64,000 bases of DNA, taken from NCBI GenBank assembly GCA_021796335.1, contig JAJYHZ010000002.1:29728-93727 (forward strand). The letters are read 5' to 3'. The DNA is from a bacterium (lineage in GTDB: Bacteria > Patescibacteriota > Minisyncoccia > UBA6257 > UBA9933). The translations under genes and the position numbers were made by a program. The notes below the pieces were generated by a model. The model saw only the letters and a list, made by a program, of their open reading frames with translations. It ran no database searches and was not told the DNA's origin. Below are positions 39,963-48,983 of the stretch, piece after piece (position 1 is the stretch's first letter; every line of letters starts with the position of its first letter).

Positions 39963-40541
39963 TTATTTTAAAGAGCTAATAATTTTATCCCACCTCCTTT
40001 TGTGTGCTCTTTTTTCCTTTTTGGTCATTGAATTTGTTAAAGAAAAAATGGACTGAACCACTTTTATCGCTTTTGTGTTTTGCTTATGATTATTTGAAAA
40101 TTTTATTGCAACATTCTCCCATTCTTGAAGATGATTTTTTTTAATTTTTTCTCCGAGTAATTTTCTCACGTGATTAATGAATTTCTCACTACTTTTAAAT
40201 TGGCTATAGTCATAACAAAAATTTCCATTATAGCGAAGATTGCTTATAGAAATAATATATAAAGAGCCGGGAATTTTATTTTGATATTCTTTCCTCAAAG
40301 ACTTAAATATATTACTAAAATCATGATTTAAATCATGCAATCGTTTCTGAAAATCTCTCTCACTCTCAAAGATTTGATCCTTTGCCCAAAGACACTTTAA
40401 ATATTTTTCAGCACTTTGTTGGAGCATCCATAACGATTGAGCAATTAGACCAGTATTCCACAAAATGCGCGCAGCAACTAAATCTGCCATTGCAATTTTT
40501 TGTATTGTACGCAATTCAATGTTTAGATTAAATTCTGTCAT
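39963..40541 (-). CDS. HEPN-domain protein (solo)
   Basis: N-terminal LVAARILWNTGLIAQSLWMLQQSAEKYLKCLWAK resembles the HEPN helix signature; candidate Rx4-6H motif RLHDLNH. Confidence 0.35.
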   Translation of the reverse strand: MTEFNLNIELRTIQKIAMADLVAARILWNTGLIAQSLWMLQQSAEKYLKCLWAKDQIFESERDFQKRLHDLNHDFSNIFKSLRKEYQNKIPGSLYIISISNLRYNGNFCYDYSQFKSSEKFINHVRKLLGEKIKKNHLQEWENVAIKFSNNHKQNTKAIKVVQSIFSLTNSMTKKEKRAHKRRWDKIISSLK

Positions 40542-41814
40542 TATTTTTCAAAATCTTTGAAATTATTTTTAAAGACTTTTTTATTTCTTCTCCGGTTGTA
40601 AATTTTCCGAAACTGAAACGCAAACTGGAACAAATCCGCTTTTCCGACAAGCCCATCGCTTGAAAAACATGAGATTTTTTGGCGCTAAAAGCGGCGCAAG
40701 CCGAACCGCTTGAAACTGCGATACCGTTTAAATCCAGTTTAATTAATAAATTATTGGCTTCAAAATCCGGGAAATAAATATTTAAAATATTCGGGACAGC
40801 GTTTAGTTCGCCGCGGCGGACAGGATTTAAGAAGGGATTAAAACCATTAATCTGCGCGGCGGGATAAATTTTTTTCAGATTTTTCCAAAAATAACCGGAT
40901 AATTGATGAATTCGTTTAAATTCTTTTTCGCGATTTTTTTGCACCAGTTCAACAGCCTTTGCAAACCCGACAATATACGGAACATTTTCCGTGCCGGAAC
41001 GCAAGCCGAATTCCTGGCCGCCGCCAGTAATAACGGGATTCAGAATACAGGATATAGGATTCAGGGATTTTACGTGAAGGAGCCCGATTCCCTTGGGACC
41101 GTAAATTTTATGGGCCGACAAGGTCATCATATCCACTCCCAATTCTTGCGGATTGCAATTTAAAAATTGAAATGCCTGAACAGCGTCCGTATGGAATAAC
41201 GGGCGGGATATAGGATTTATGATATAGGATTTAGAGTTCTTTTTTGAATTTTTGCTATCCGCCGACTGGCGGACTAAATTCTTAACTCTAAATTCTTGTA
41301 TTATTTCAAAAACTTTAGAAATCGGTTGAACAACTCCGGTTTCGTTATTCGCATACATTATTGAAACCAGAATTGTATTCTCATTTAAATTTTCTTTTAA
41401 CTTTTTTAGATCAACAATTCCATATTTATTAACGGGCAAATAAATTACTTCAATTCCGTCATCTTCCAGATCCCGCGCCGTACTTAAAACTGATTCATGT
41501 TCGACTGCCGAAACAATAATCCGCGGTCTGGGAGTTTTATTTTTAAACGTTTTAACAATTCCGCGAATTGCCAAGTTATTCGCCTCGGTTGCCGAACCGT
41601 TAAAAATTATTTCGCGAAAATCACCTCCAATCGTTTCGGCAATTTTTTCGCGGGATTCATCTACGGCCTTTCTGGCTTGCTGGCCAAAAAAATGCAGTGA
41701 ATTCGGATTCCCGAATCTGCCGGCGGACGGACGGCTAAAATACGGGCTCATCGCTTTTTGGACTTCACTGTCAACCGGAGTTGACGCCGCGCAGTCAAAA
41801 TAAATTCGTTCCAT
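40528..41814 (-). CDS. cysteine desulfurase (IscS/NifS class V aminotransferase) with a roughly 29-aa in-frame insertion
   Basis: YFDCAASTP, NPNSLHFFG, SAHKIYGPKGIG (PLP Lys), C-terminal SSGSAC. The start is taken at MERIYFD (the ORF-track start is 41901). Confidence 0.65.
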   Translation of the reverse strand: MERIYFDCAASTPVDSEVQKAMSPYFSRPSAGRFGNPNSLHFFGQQARKAVDESREKIAETIGGDFREIIFNGSATEANNLAIRGIVKTFKNKTPRPRIIVSAVEHESVLSTARDLEDDGIEVIYLPVNKYGIVDLKKLKENLNENTILVSIMYANNETGVVQPISKVFEIIQEFRVKNLVRQSADSKNSKKNSKSYIINPISRPLFHTDAVQAFQFLNCNPQELGVDMMTLSAHKIYGPKGIGLLHVKSLNPISCILNPVITGGGQEFGLRSGTENVPYIVGFAKAVELVQKNREKEFKRIHQLSGYFWKNLKKIYPAAQINGFNPFLNPVRRGELNAVPNILNIYFPDFEANNLLIKLDLNGIAVSSGSACAAFSAKKSHVFQAMGLSEKRICSSLRFSFGKFTTGEEIKKSLKIISKILKNNDRI

Positions 41815-41860
41815 AGTTATTATTAAAACAAAAAGGCGGGCTTTAGCAACAACCCGCCGT

Positions 41861-42184
41861 TTAAATATAATTCCCCCTTTCTTTATCATGAAGATAGCCA
41901 ATCAGATCCATGTGGATTCCTCCGGAAACATTTTTCAATTCCGGGAAAATATCCCTGGCGCTTTCTTCGGCTTGCGCCACTATTCTTATCCTGACTTCAT
42001 CATCAGGATATTCGACTACTTGCACGATTTGATAAATACATTCTCGTGCGAGTTCATTGGAAAGCCATTCCGGAGCATCAAGAACCTCAAGGATGGCCTT
42101 GGCAATTTCCCAATCCGCCAATCCAGCGGGCTCCTTTCCATGAACGGAAATATAAGCCTTATAGAGGCATTCTATCACCGTCAT
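41861..42184 (-). CDS. hypothetical protein
   Basis: 107-aa ORF; no motif. Confidence 0.3.
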   Translation of the reverse strand: MTVIECLYKAYISVHGKEPAGLADWEIAKAILEVLDAPEWLSNELARECIYQIVQVVEYPDDEVRIRIVAQAEESARDIFPELKNVSGGIHMDLIGYLHDKERGNYI

Positions 42185-42195
42185 TACCTCCTTTT

Positions 42196-43626
42196 CTATT
42201 TAAAAATTTCTTTTACCAGTTTATTAAATTTCCGACCGCGGTCAAATTCGTTTTTGAATTTTTCAAAACTGGCCGCTCCGGGAGAAAGCAAAATAATTCC
42301 CTTTTTAATTTTGGCTGAATTCAAAACATCCCTCAGGTTCTCGAAAAGTTTCGGCTGTTTTTTGAAATATTTCAGATTATTCAATTCGATTATTAATTTT
42401 TTAGTGGCGCTTCCGTTTAATAAATATAAATTTTTTTCGGAAACCTTTTTTTTGATTTCCTTAGCTAAATTTTTGAAGTCTAAATCTTTATCGGTTCCGC
42501 CGGCAATTAAAACCGGATTATCATCTCCAAACCTTTGGAGCGCGGCGATAACGCCTTCCGGGCTGGTAGCGGTTGAATCATTGACAATCCTTAGGTTTCC
42601 GTTGTCAAAAACAATTTGCTGGCGGAAAGGAATCTCAGGCAGTGTTGAAATTTTTTTAATTAAATCCCGCCAGTTCTTCCCAAATAAATGCGCAGCCAAA
42701 AGCGATGAAAGCAAATTATATTTTTGATGCGGACTAAAACCTTTTACCTCTATCACAAATTCTTTTTTGCATTTATCCCGAGTGGAGTCAAAAGATTGGA
42801 AATAAATTTTATTTTCATTAAAGAACAACCCGTTTATTTTTTTTGGCAACGGTTTTAGAGAAATAAAAAATATTTTGCCCTTAGGTTTTCCGCCGGCCGG
42901 CGGCTCTAAAAATAATTTTTTATTTTTATCGTCGAAATTCAAAATAAGAAAATCATTTTTAGTTTGATTTAAAAATATGTTCGATTTGGCTTTAGCGTAA
43001 TTTTCCATTGTGCTGTGGCGGTTAAGATGATCCACATGCAGATTGGTTATTACTGCAACACGAGGAGCTTTTAATCCTCCGGTCATATATTCCAACTGAA
43101 ATGAAGACATTTCTAAAACCAGCGGGGTTTTATCCGCCACGGCAATCGCTTTGCCGATGATTTTCAAAAAACCGGCCGTCGGAATGTTTCCGCCAATAAT
43201 GGCGGACTTCAAAAAATAATTAATCCAGGCTGCGGTTGTCGTCTTGCCGCGAGTTCCGGTAACGGCGATGCAACCAATTTTCGGGTTTTCTTTTTGGATC
43301 AAATTCAAAAATAGGGTTGTTTCATTAAAAAACGGTTTTTTATATTTCCGCGCCAACTTCACCCATTTGCTGAAAAAACTGACCGCCTGGTTGAAAACAA
43401 TAATGTCGTTATTTTTGAAATCACTTTCACGATGACCACCCAAAATATATTTTATATTCAGTCTCTTCAATTTAGATAGGGAATTTTTCAAATCTTTTTC
43501 GGAGCCCATATCGGTGACGGTTAATCGGGCACCGTTGGCAATTAAAAATTTCGCCGAAGCCACTCCTCCGCCCAATCTGCCGAGTCCAACCAGTAAAACT
43601 TTTTTGTTTTTGAACAAATTTTCCAT
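42196..43626 (-). CDS. murD: Mur ligase, most like UDP-N-acetylmuramoylalanine--D-glutamate ligase
   Basis: N-terminal Rossmann VLLVGLGRLGGGVA, ATP-binding IAVTGTRGKTTTA, DHLNRH motif. Confidence 0.55.
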   Translation of the reverse strand: MENLFKNKKVLLVGLGRLGGGVASAKFLIANGARLTVTDMGSEKDLKNSLSKLKRLNIKYILGGHRESDFKNNDIIVFNQAVSFFSKWVKLARKYKKPFFNETTLFLNLIQKENPKIGCIAVTGTRGKTTTAAWINYFLKSAIIGGNIPTAGFLKIIGKAIAVADKTPLVLEMSSFQLEYMTGGLKAPRVAVITNLHVDHLNRHSTMENYAKAKSNIFLNQTKNDFLILNFDDKNKKLFLEPPAGGKPKGKIFFISLKPLPKKINGLFFNENKIYFQSFDSTRDKCKKEFVIEVKGFSPHQKYNLLSSLLAAHLFGKNWRDLIKKISTLPEIPFRQQIVFDNGNLRIVNDSTATSPEGVIAALQRFGDDNPVLIAGGTDKDLDFKNLAKEIKKKVSEKNLYLLNGSATKKLIIELNNLKYFKKQPKLFENLRDVLNSAKIKKGIILLSPGAASFEKFKNEFDRGRKFNKLVKEIFK

Positions 43627-43895
43627 GCATTTATAATTTAATACTTAAATAATTGGTTGGCAATTAAGCAAATAGGCATTGATTCTGTTTAATTGTCTCC
43701 TGTATCTCCCGGATGAAATTTTCTGCGATCCCGCCCGCCGGCAAGCAGGCGCAAAACCGAACAATGCCTGCCGGGATTGATTTTTTTTCGTTTATTCAGT
43801 ATTATCTTTTTATCGCTGCAGCCTCTAAAACATTGATCTAAAAAACCAGATCAAGTTTTCGAATCTTTCAGTCGATAATTTGCAATTACTTATCT

Positions 43896-44234
43896 ATGTT
43901 AATCATCAAATTAAAAAGAATCGGTAAAAAACATCAAGCTTCTTTCCGAATAATTGTAACGGAAAAGCGCTCCAAAATGACCGGGCGCTATGTTGAAGAT
44001 CTCGGTTTTTGGAATCCGCACAAAAACCAGTTAGGTGCCAAGAAAGACCGCATTCAATATTGGATTAAATCAGGAGCTCAGACAACGGAAACAATTCATA
44101 ATCTTTTGGTAAAAAATGGCATTATTCAGGGGCATAAAATTCCGGCTTATATTCCAAAATCCGCCCCTGCCGAAACGGCGCCGGTTCAGAAAACGCCTGC
44201 GGGACCGGAACAGCCATCAGCCGAAACTCAATAA
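43896..44234 (+). CDS. rpsP: 30S ribosomal protein S16 with a C-terminal extension
   Basis: MLIIKLKRIGKKHQASFRIIVTEKRSKMTGRYVEDLGFWNP is the canonical bS16 N-terminus. Confidence 0.8.
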   Translation: MLIIKLKRIGKKHQASFRIIVTEKRSKMTGRYVEDLGFWNPHKNQLGAKKDRIQYWIKSGAQTTETIHNLLVKNGIIQGHKIPAYIPKSAPAETAPVQKTPAGPEQPSAETQ

Positions 44235-44276
44235 AAAATCCCCGTGGGGATTTTTTATTTCCGCGAAACTAAAACA

Positions 44277-44813
44277 TTACCAGCAAGTTGCACCGGAATC
44301 GTAATATGCCCAAGCTGTCGGATTAGAACCATCAATAAAACAGTTTTTGGCGCCGCCATCCCTGGCGGGATCTAAAAGGCTGGGATATTTTAAATAATCC
44401 GAAGCACTATTCTCGCTTATATAAATATCCAACAGTTTGTAATCGGCTCCGTCTGACTTATACACATAACAGGAAGTATTGGCGCCAGTATCCATTTGCG
44501 GATCTGCTGGAAAATTCGCCAAATAAATCGGGGTCAAACCGGGTATTACGTTTGTTGCTGAATAACTTCCCCATGCGCCACATTGGCTTCTCCATTTTCC
44601 GTTCGTATCCGGGTATGCTCCGTTATCTAAGTTATAATTTTGCAAGGCTTTGTTTATGACTTCTAAATCCGAAATTCTTTTTGCGTTTCTCGAGTTTTTG
44701 AGCAATTGATTTGGATTTAAAATCAAAACCGTAATCGTTGCCAAAACAGCCAAAATAGCGATAACGATCAGAAGCTCAAGTAAAGTGAATCCTTTATAAA
44801 ATTTGTGAGCCAT
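44277..44813 (-). CDS. type IV pilin
   Basis: MAHKFYKG|FTLLELLIVIAILAVLATI class III signal; four Cys in the C-terminal domain. Confidence 0.65.
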   Translation of the reverse strand: MAHKFYKGFTLLELLIVIAILAVLATITVLILNPNQLLKNSRNAKRISDLEVINKALQNYNLDNGAYPDTNGKWRSQCGAWGSYSATNVIPGLTPIYLANFPADPQMDTGANTSCYVYKSDGADYKLLDIYISENSASDYLKYPSLLDPARDGGAKNCFIDGSNPTAWAYYDSGATCW

Positions 44814-44843
44814 TGTATCTATAATAATATAATAGCCGCGGAT

Positions 44844-45278
44844 TTAATCTGATTTATTCAGCTCCGACACTCTTTCCAGAAAAACAATCTGAGCCGGATT
44901 AATCTTTTCTTTGGCGGTTTCGAAATCAAAAAATTCGATTTTGTCTATTTCGGGGAATTCTCTGATTTCTCCGGATTTCGGAGGCCATTCAAGTTTAAAC
45001 GTGTTGCTTTTAAAATTTTTCAAATCGCAATCGCTTTTTACCGCCCAAGCGTAAACCGTTTTGCCGCTCTTTTGAACGATTAATCCGAGTTCTACAAGTT
45101 CTCCGCCCGCTTTGCATCCGGTTTCTTCTTCGAATTCCCGTTTGGCCGTTTCTAGATAATTTTCATTTTCCTCGACTTCTCCCTTTGGAATACTCCAAAC
45201 ACCGGCATCGCGTTTCCCCCAAATAGGCCCGCCTAGATGAGCAAGCAAAAATTCGAGCTTATTGTTTTTTATCCTATA
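44844..45278 (-). CDS. NUDIX hydrolase
   Basis: Nudix box GEVEENENYLETAKREFEEETG. The ORF track extends to 45467, but the Nudix fold starts near MYRIKNN. Confidence 0.55.
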   Translation of the reverse strand, partial: YRIKNNKLEFLLAHLGGPIWGKRDAGVWSIPKGEVEENENYLETAKREFEEETGCKAGGELVELGLIVQKSGKTVYAWAVKSDCDLKNFKSNTFKLEWPPKSGEIREFPEIDKIEFFDFETAKEKINPAQIVFLERVSELNKSD

Positions 45279-45530
45279 CATTAAAATTCCCGCGCTGATT
45301 TTTTTCACCCTTGCGTAATTCTTCTGTTGGGAAATTGCATAATAATTAACTTTTATGCAACTGACATAGAAAATTAATACTTTTAATTTATCCCGCAATA
45401 AATCTGCAAAAGAGATTATGCGCGGGATTCGTATTTCTAATCTATCAAATAAATTTACATTTGACAAAAATTTTAATTCGGGTCTTGACTTTTTGCCGAT
45501 TTTGACTTATCATTATTTTAAAAGGTCGCG

Positions 45531-45842
45531 ATGTTTGAATTGGAAAACAAAGATATGGATGCAGCAAAAGATCAAGCTTTCCTTGAATTTCTCGTCAAAT
45601 CGATCGTTGATCATCCGGACGATGTCATAGTTGACAGAAAAGTGGACGAGATGGGGGTTCTTCTTTCTTTAAAGGTCAATCCTCTCGATATGGGCCAGAT
45701 TGTCGGAAGACAAGGTTCCACGGCAAAGGCTATCAGATCCCTTCTGCGAATCGTCGGCGTAAAAAACCACGCAAGAATCAACTTGAAAATAGTTGAGCCG
45801 GAAGGATCGACGAGGTTGCCAAGAGAAGCGCGCGAAGAATAA
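45531..45842 (+). CDS. khpA: KH-domain RNA-binding protein (KhpA/YlqC family)
   Basis: GxxG KH motif IVGRQGSTAKAIRSLL; about 100 aa; genomic association with rpsP. Confidence 0.6.
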   Translation: MFELENKDMDAAKDQAFLEFLVKSIVDHPDDVIVDRKVDEMGVLLSLKVNPLDMGQIVGRQGSTAKAIRSLLRIVGVKNHARINLKIVEPEGSTRLPREAREE

Positions 45843-45859
45843 TTTTAATATTTCTTTAG

Positions 45860-45893
45860 AAAATCCGCCACGTTCAACGTGGCGGATTTTTGT
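45860..45893. terminator. terminator aaaatccgccacg-ttcaa-cgtggcggatttttg
   Basis: 13-bp stem with an A-tract and a T-tract. Confidence 0.6.
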
Positions 45894-46194
45894 TATAATT
45901 CTTAGTCCGGAAACATTGCAGAATGAAGTTATTTTGCAATGCTGAATTTACTTGTTCTATATCGAAATTATCTTTATGCGGGATTTCAGTATCTTAAAAA
46001 TCAGCCTTTAATCCGCCATTACGGAATTTATCGATGCCCGCTTACGGAGGATAAGATTATTGGACGTAGGATCATTTCCATTCCGCCGGCCGGCGGATGA
46101 CTACGGAGCATACGGGTTCGAAATGACACTTTCGAACGGCACGCCGCGTTTGATTGATTATAGAATCCTAATTTTATAAAATAGAGAGGATTAA

Positions 46195-47856
46195 ATGCTT
46201 GATAAAAATATTATTTCAAAATTGTCGAGAATCAGGCGGGAGTCCGAAGAAAGGACGGTGAGCCGCCGCGCAGCAAAAATCGGAAAAAAGTATTTAAATC
46301 TTTCCACGACTCCGATCACCATAGAAGCTTTGGCAATATTGCCGGAAGCCGTTGCAAAAGAAGCCGGCATTGTTGTAATTGAAAAAAAGGCCAATAGAAT
46401 TGCCGTTGCCGCAATCGACCCGAAAAATGCCAAAACGGAAAAAGTCATAAGAGACTTGGAAAATAATTACGGCGTAACGGTTTTCGTAGTTTCGGAAAGC
46501 AGCCTTAAATACGCCTTGGATTATTACAAATTCGCCGAAAAACAAACAGAAGATATTACTGGCGAAATTTCGGCCAAGAAAAAGGAAATTAAAGAAGAGG
46601 ATTTGCTGACTTTGGACGGCATAAAAAAATTCCTGGACAAAGAAGAATTGTCGGGAAGCAAAGCAAACGAAATTTTGGAAATTATTTTCAAAGGAGCTTT
46701 AGCGAACAGAGCTTCCGACATACATTTCGAGCCGACGGGAAAAGAGGCAAAATTACGATTAAGAATTGACGGACTCTTGCATGATGTTTACACATTCGAG
46801 CTTAAATTTTATTCGTTCATCGTTTCGCGCATCAAATTGCTTTCCGGCCTTAAATTGAACGTTTCCAACGAACCGCAGGATGGTCGCTTTACAATCAGCT
46901 TTACGCAAAAAGACGTCGAAGTGCGCGTGGCAGTGGCGCCGGCGCAATTCGGCGAAGTCATCGTCATGCGCTTGCTTGATCCGGACGCGATCAATCTGGA
47001 CTTAAAACAATTAGGATTGCGAGAAGACGATTTGGAGATAATCGAAAAAGAACTGAAGCGGCCAAACGGACTTATTTTGAATACCGGTCCGACGGGTTCC
47101 GGAAAAACAACCACTCTTTACGCATTCTTACAGCATAAAAAAACTCCGGAAATAAAAATAATTACAATCGAAGATCCAATTGAATATCGCATAAGCGGAA
47201 TCGAACAGACTCAGGTGGATGAGGAATCGGGATATGATTTCGCATCGGGATTAAAATCTTTAATGCGGCAGGATCCGGACATAATCCTGGTAGGTGAAAT
47301 CCGCGACAAGGAAACCGCCGAAATCGGCATACAGGCGGCTTTGACCGGTCATTTGGTTTTTTCCACAGTTCACGCTAATTCCGCAAGCGGCGCCGTTCCC
47401 CGCTTGCTTGATTTAAACGTCAAGCCAGTTAGTATCGGCCCGGCCTTGAATTTAATAATCGGGCAAAGACTGGTCCGCCGTCTTTGCGCAAACTGCCGAA
47501 TTCCAAAAACAGCTACGAATGATTTGGAAGATAAAGTAAATAATTTTTTGAGAAAATTACCCGGCCGGGTAAATAAAGATGATTATAAAGAAATAAAATT
47601 GTTTGAGGCGAAAGGATGCCCTGCTTGCAACGGAACTGGATTCAAGGGACGCATCGCCATTTATGAACTTTTAAAAACCGCTCCGGAAATGGAAGATTTG
47701 ATTATCAAACAAACCGGGGAAACCGCGATTTATAGATTCGCAGTCGGGAATGGCATGACGACTATGCAACAGGACGGGATTTTGAAAGTGATTTCCGGAA
47801 TAACGACTTTTAATGAGGTGGAAAATGTGACCGGACCGATTGAATGGGAAGAATAG
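46195..47856 (+). CDS. pilB: type IV pilus assembly ATPase PilB/GspE (full length)
   Basis: N1 domain, Walker A GPTGSGKTTT, Asp/His boxes, tetracysteine CANC...CPAC; 553 aa. Confidence 0.8.
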   Translation: MLDKNIISKLSRIRRESEERTVSRRAAKIGKKYLNLSTTPITIEALAILPEAVAKEAGIVVIEKKANRIAVAAIDPKNAKTEKVIRDLENNYGVTVFVVSESSLKYALDYYKFAEKQTEDITGEISAKKKEIKEEDLLTLDGIKKFLDKEELSGSKANEILEIIFKGALANRASDIHFEPTGKEAKLRLRIDGLLHDVYTFELKFYSFIVSRIKLLSGLKLNVSNEPQDGRFTISFTQKDVEVRVAVAPAQFGEVIVMRLLDPDAINLDLKQLGLREDDLEIIEKELKRPNGLILNTGPTGSGKTTTLYAFLQHKKTPEIKIITIEDPIEYRISGIEQTQVDEESGYDFASGLKSLMRQDPDIILVGEIRDKETAEIGIQAALTGHLVFSTVHANSASGAVPRLLDLNVKPVSIGPALNLIIGQRLVRRLCANCRIPKTATNDLEDKVNNFLRKLPGRVNKDDYKEIKLFEAKGCPACNGTGFKGRIAIYELLKTAPEMEDLIIKQTGETAIYRFAVGNGMTTMQQDGILKVISGITTFNEVENVTGPIEWEE

Positions 47857-47893
47857 AGCTGATAGTTATTAGCAAGTTGGTTGTTAGTAGTTT

Positions 47894-47927
47894 AAAAAAG
47901 AGGTGATATATATCACCTCTTTTTTTC
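47894..47927 (+). terminator. terminator aaaaaagaggtgatatatatcacctcttttttt
   Basis: Perfect hairpin gaggtgatat/atatcacctc plus a T-run. Confidence 0.65.
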
Positions 47928-48342
47928 TGCACTTTTTAGTTCTGTGGGCGAAAATAAAAGTCTTACAGGAGTAAGAAATCAAGAACCCCTTCGAGGAGAG
48001 ATCCAGCCAAAACCAGATCATCCGAAATACTAAAAGAAATTCCTATAAACCCACAGGACTAAGAAGTCCAGATTCTATATTCTTCTACAAAAGGGAGTAA
48101 TAAAAAACACCCTTTTAAGAGTATTAAATTCAATTCTTTTCCCATTATAGCGGGTTTTATAAATTTGTCAAGACCAGGCAAGGTTAGATTGATTTTTGTA
48201 AAAATAAGGAAAGCCCCGGATTGTACGGGGCTTAATAATTGAAAAGAATATTTTAAGGATCTCCAATTGAATAAAGAAGGCGAAAAAGAAAAGAAATGAT
48301 TGAAATTGAAATTGTGTATTGTGTTTTGAAATTTAAATTATA

Positions 48343-48379
48343 GAGGACGATCGCGCGTAGGTACGTACGCGGTCCTCTG
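48343..48379. repeat. GC-rich nested palindrome agaggac-gat-cgcgta-ggtacg-tacgcg-g-gtcctct in an ORF-free region
   Basis: Two nested perfect stems (7 bp and 6 bp) around GTACGTAC. Confidence 0.5.
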
Positions 48380-48689
48380 TGCTGATTTCTTTTTCTTTTC
48401 CAATTATTCAATTGTAATTTTATTTTAATTCTTTTAATTCAATAGTCAATACGACACGACGTTCAGGCAGAGCATGGATCTCACGAAAAAAACGGTTTCA
48501 GCAGAAAAATAAAGTCGCAAACGATGGAAGGAAAGAGAAAAACCGCCACTATAATCCCTTTCTCTCTTTCCGTAAGTTCACTGAAGATTACCGTCTTTGT
48601 CAGAATAGCTTTCATTATTACCCCTTTCTTTAAGCGATATCTGGATATTCTGTTTTAATTTTATCCAATGTTTTACTTTTTTAAAAGAG

Positions 48690-48698
48690 TGCTATAAT
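48690..48698 (+). promoter_or_regulatory. extended -10 element TGcTATAAT for the 48786-50880 operon
   Basis: Consensus TGnTATAAT about 88 nt upstream of the first ATG. Confidence 0.35.
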
Positions 48699-48785
48699 TT
48701 ACATAATTAATAATTTATAAGGAGAAAATTCCGAAGTTAAAACGCGATTCAAACTTCGAAGATTTTAACTTTATAAATATCCGCT

Positions 48786-48983
48786 ATGCTAAAAAATAAC
48801 CAGCATAATCTGATCCATCAGCTTTCGGAAATTTCCGACAGCCTTTGGAGAATCGAAAAACACTATCTTGATGAATCGAAAAGTTGTGAATCCTGCGTTG
48901 AAATATGGAGAATACTCCACCAGGATTACGAAAAACATATAGCCATGCTTTCCGAAGAAATAAAGAAGCACATAAACGATTAA
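48786..48983 (+). CDS. small hypothetical protein (65 aa)
   Basis: ORF whose TAA stop overlaps the next gene's ATG (TAATG). Confidence 0.3.
   Translation: MLKNNQHNLIHQLSEISDSLWRIEKHYLDESKSCESCVEIWRILHQDYEKHIAMLSEEIKKHIND

Noticed and set aside
41888-42727. 279-aa plus-strand ORF
   Set aside because: It overlaps two well-supported minus-strand genes (a hypothetical and murD) and has a low-complexity F/L/S-rich translation typical of an antisense ORF.
46191-47114. Several minus-strand ORFs (85-101 aa) inside pilB
   Set aside because: They are antisense to a full-length, motif-complete PilB ATPase.
47857-48785. tmRNA or SRP RNA in the long non-coding region
   Set aside because: No tRNA-like T-arm (GGTTCGAATCC-type) with a CCA end, and no SRP domain IV motif (AGGUCCGGAAGGAAGCAGC), could be found on either strand.
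48905-48982. ORF-track N-terminal 26 aa of the zinc-ribbon gene, and a possible frameshift joining it to the 65-aa ORF
   Set aside because: The upstream ORF's TAA overlaps an in-frame ATG of the downstream ORF (TAATG), which gives a cleaner two-gene coupled arrangement. No indel evidence is visible.
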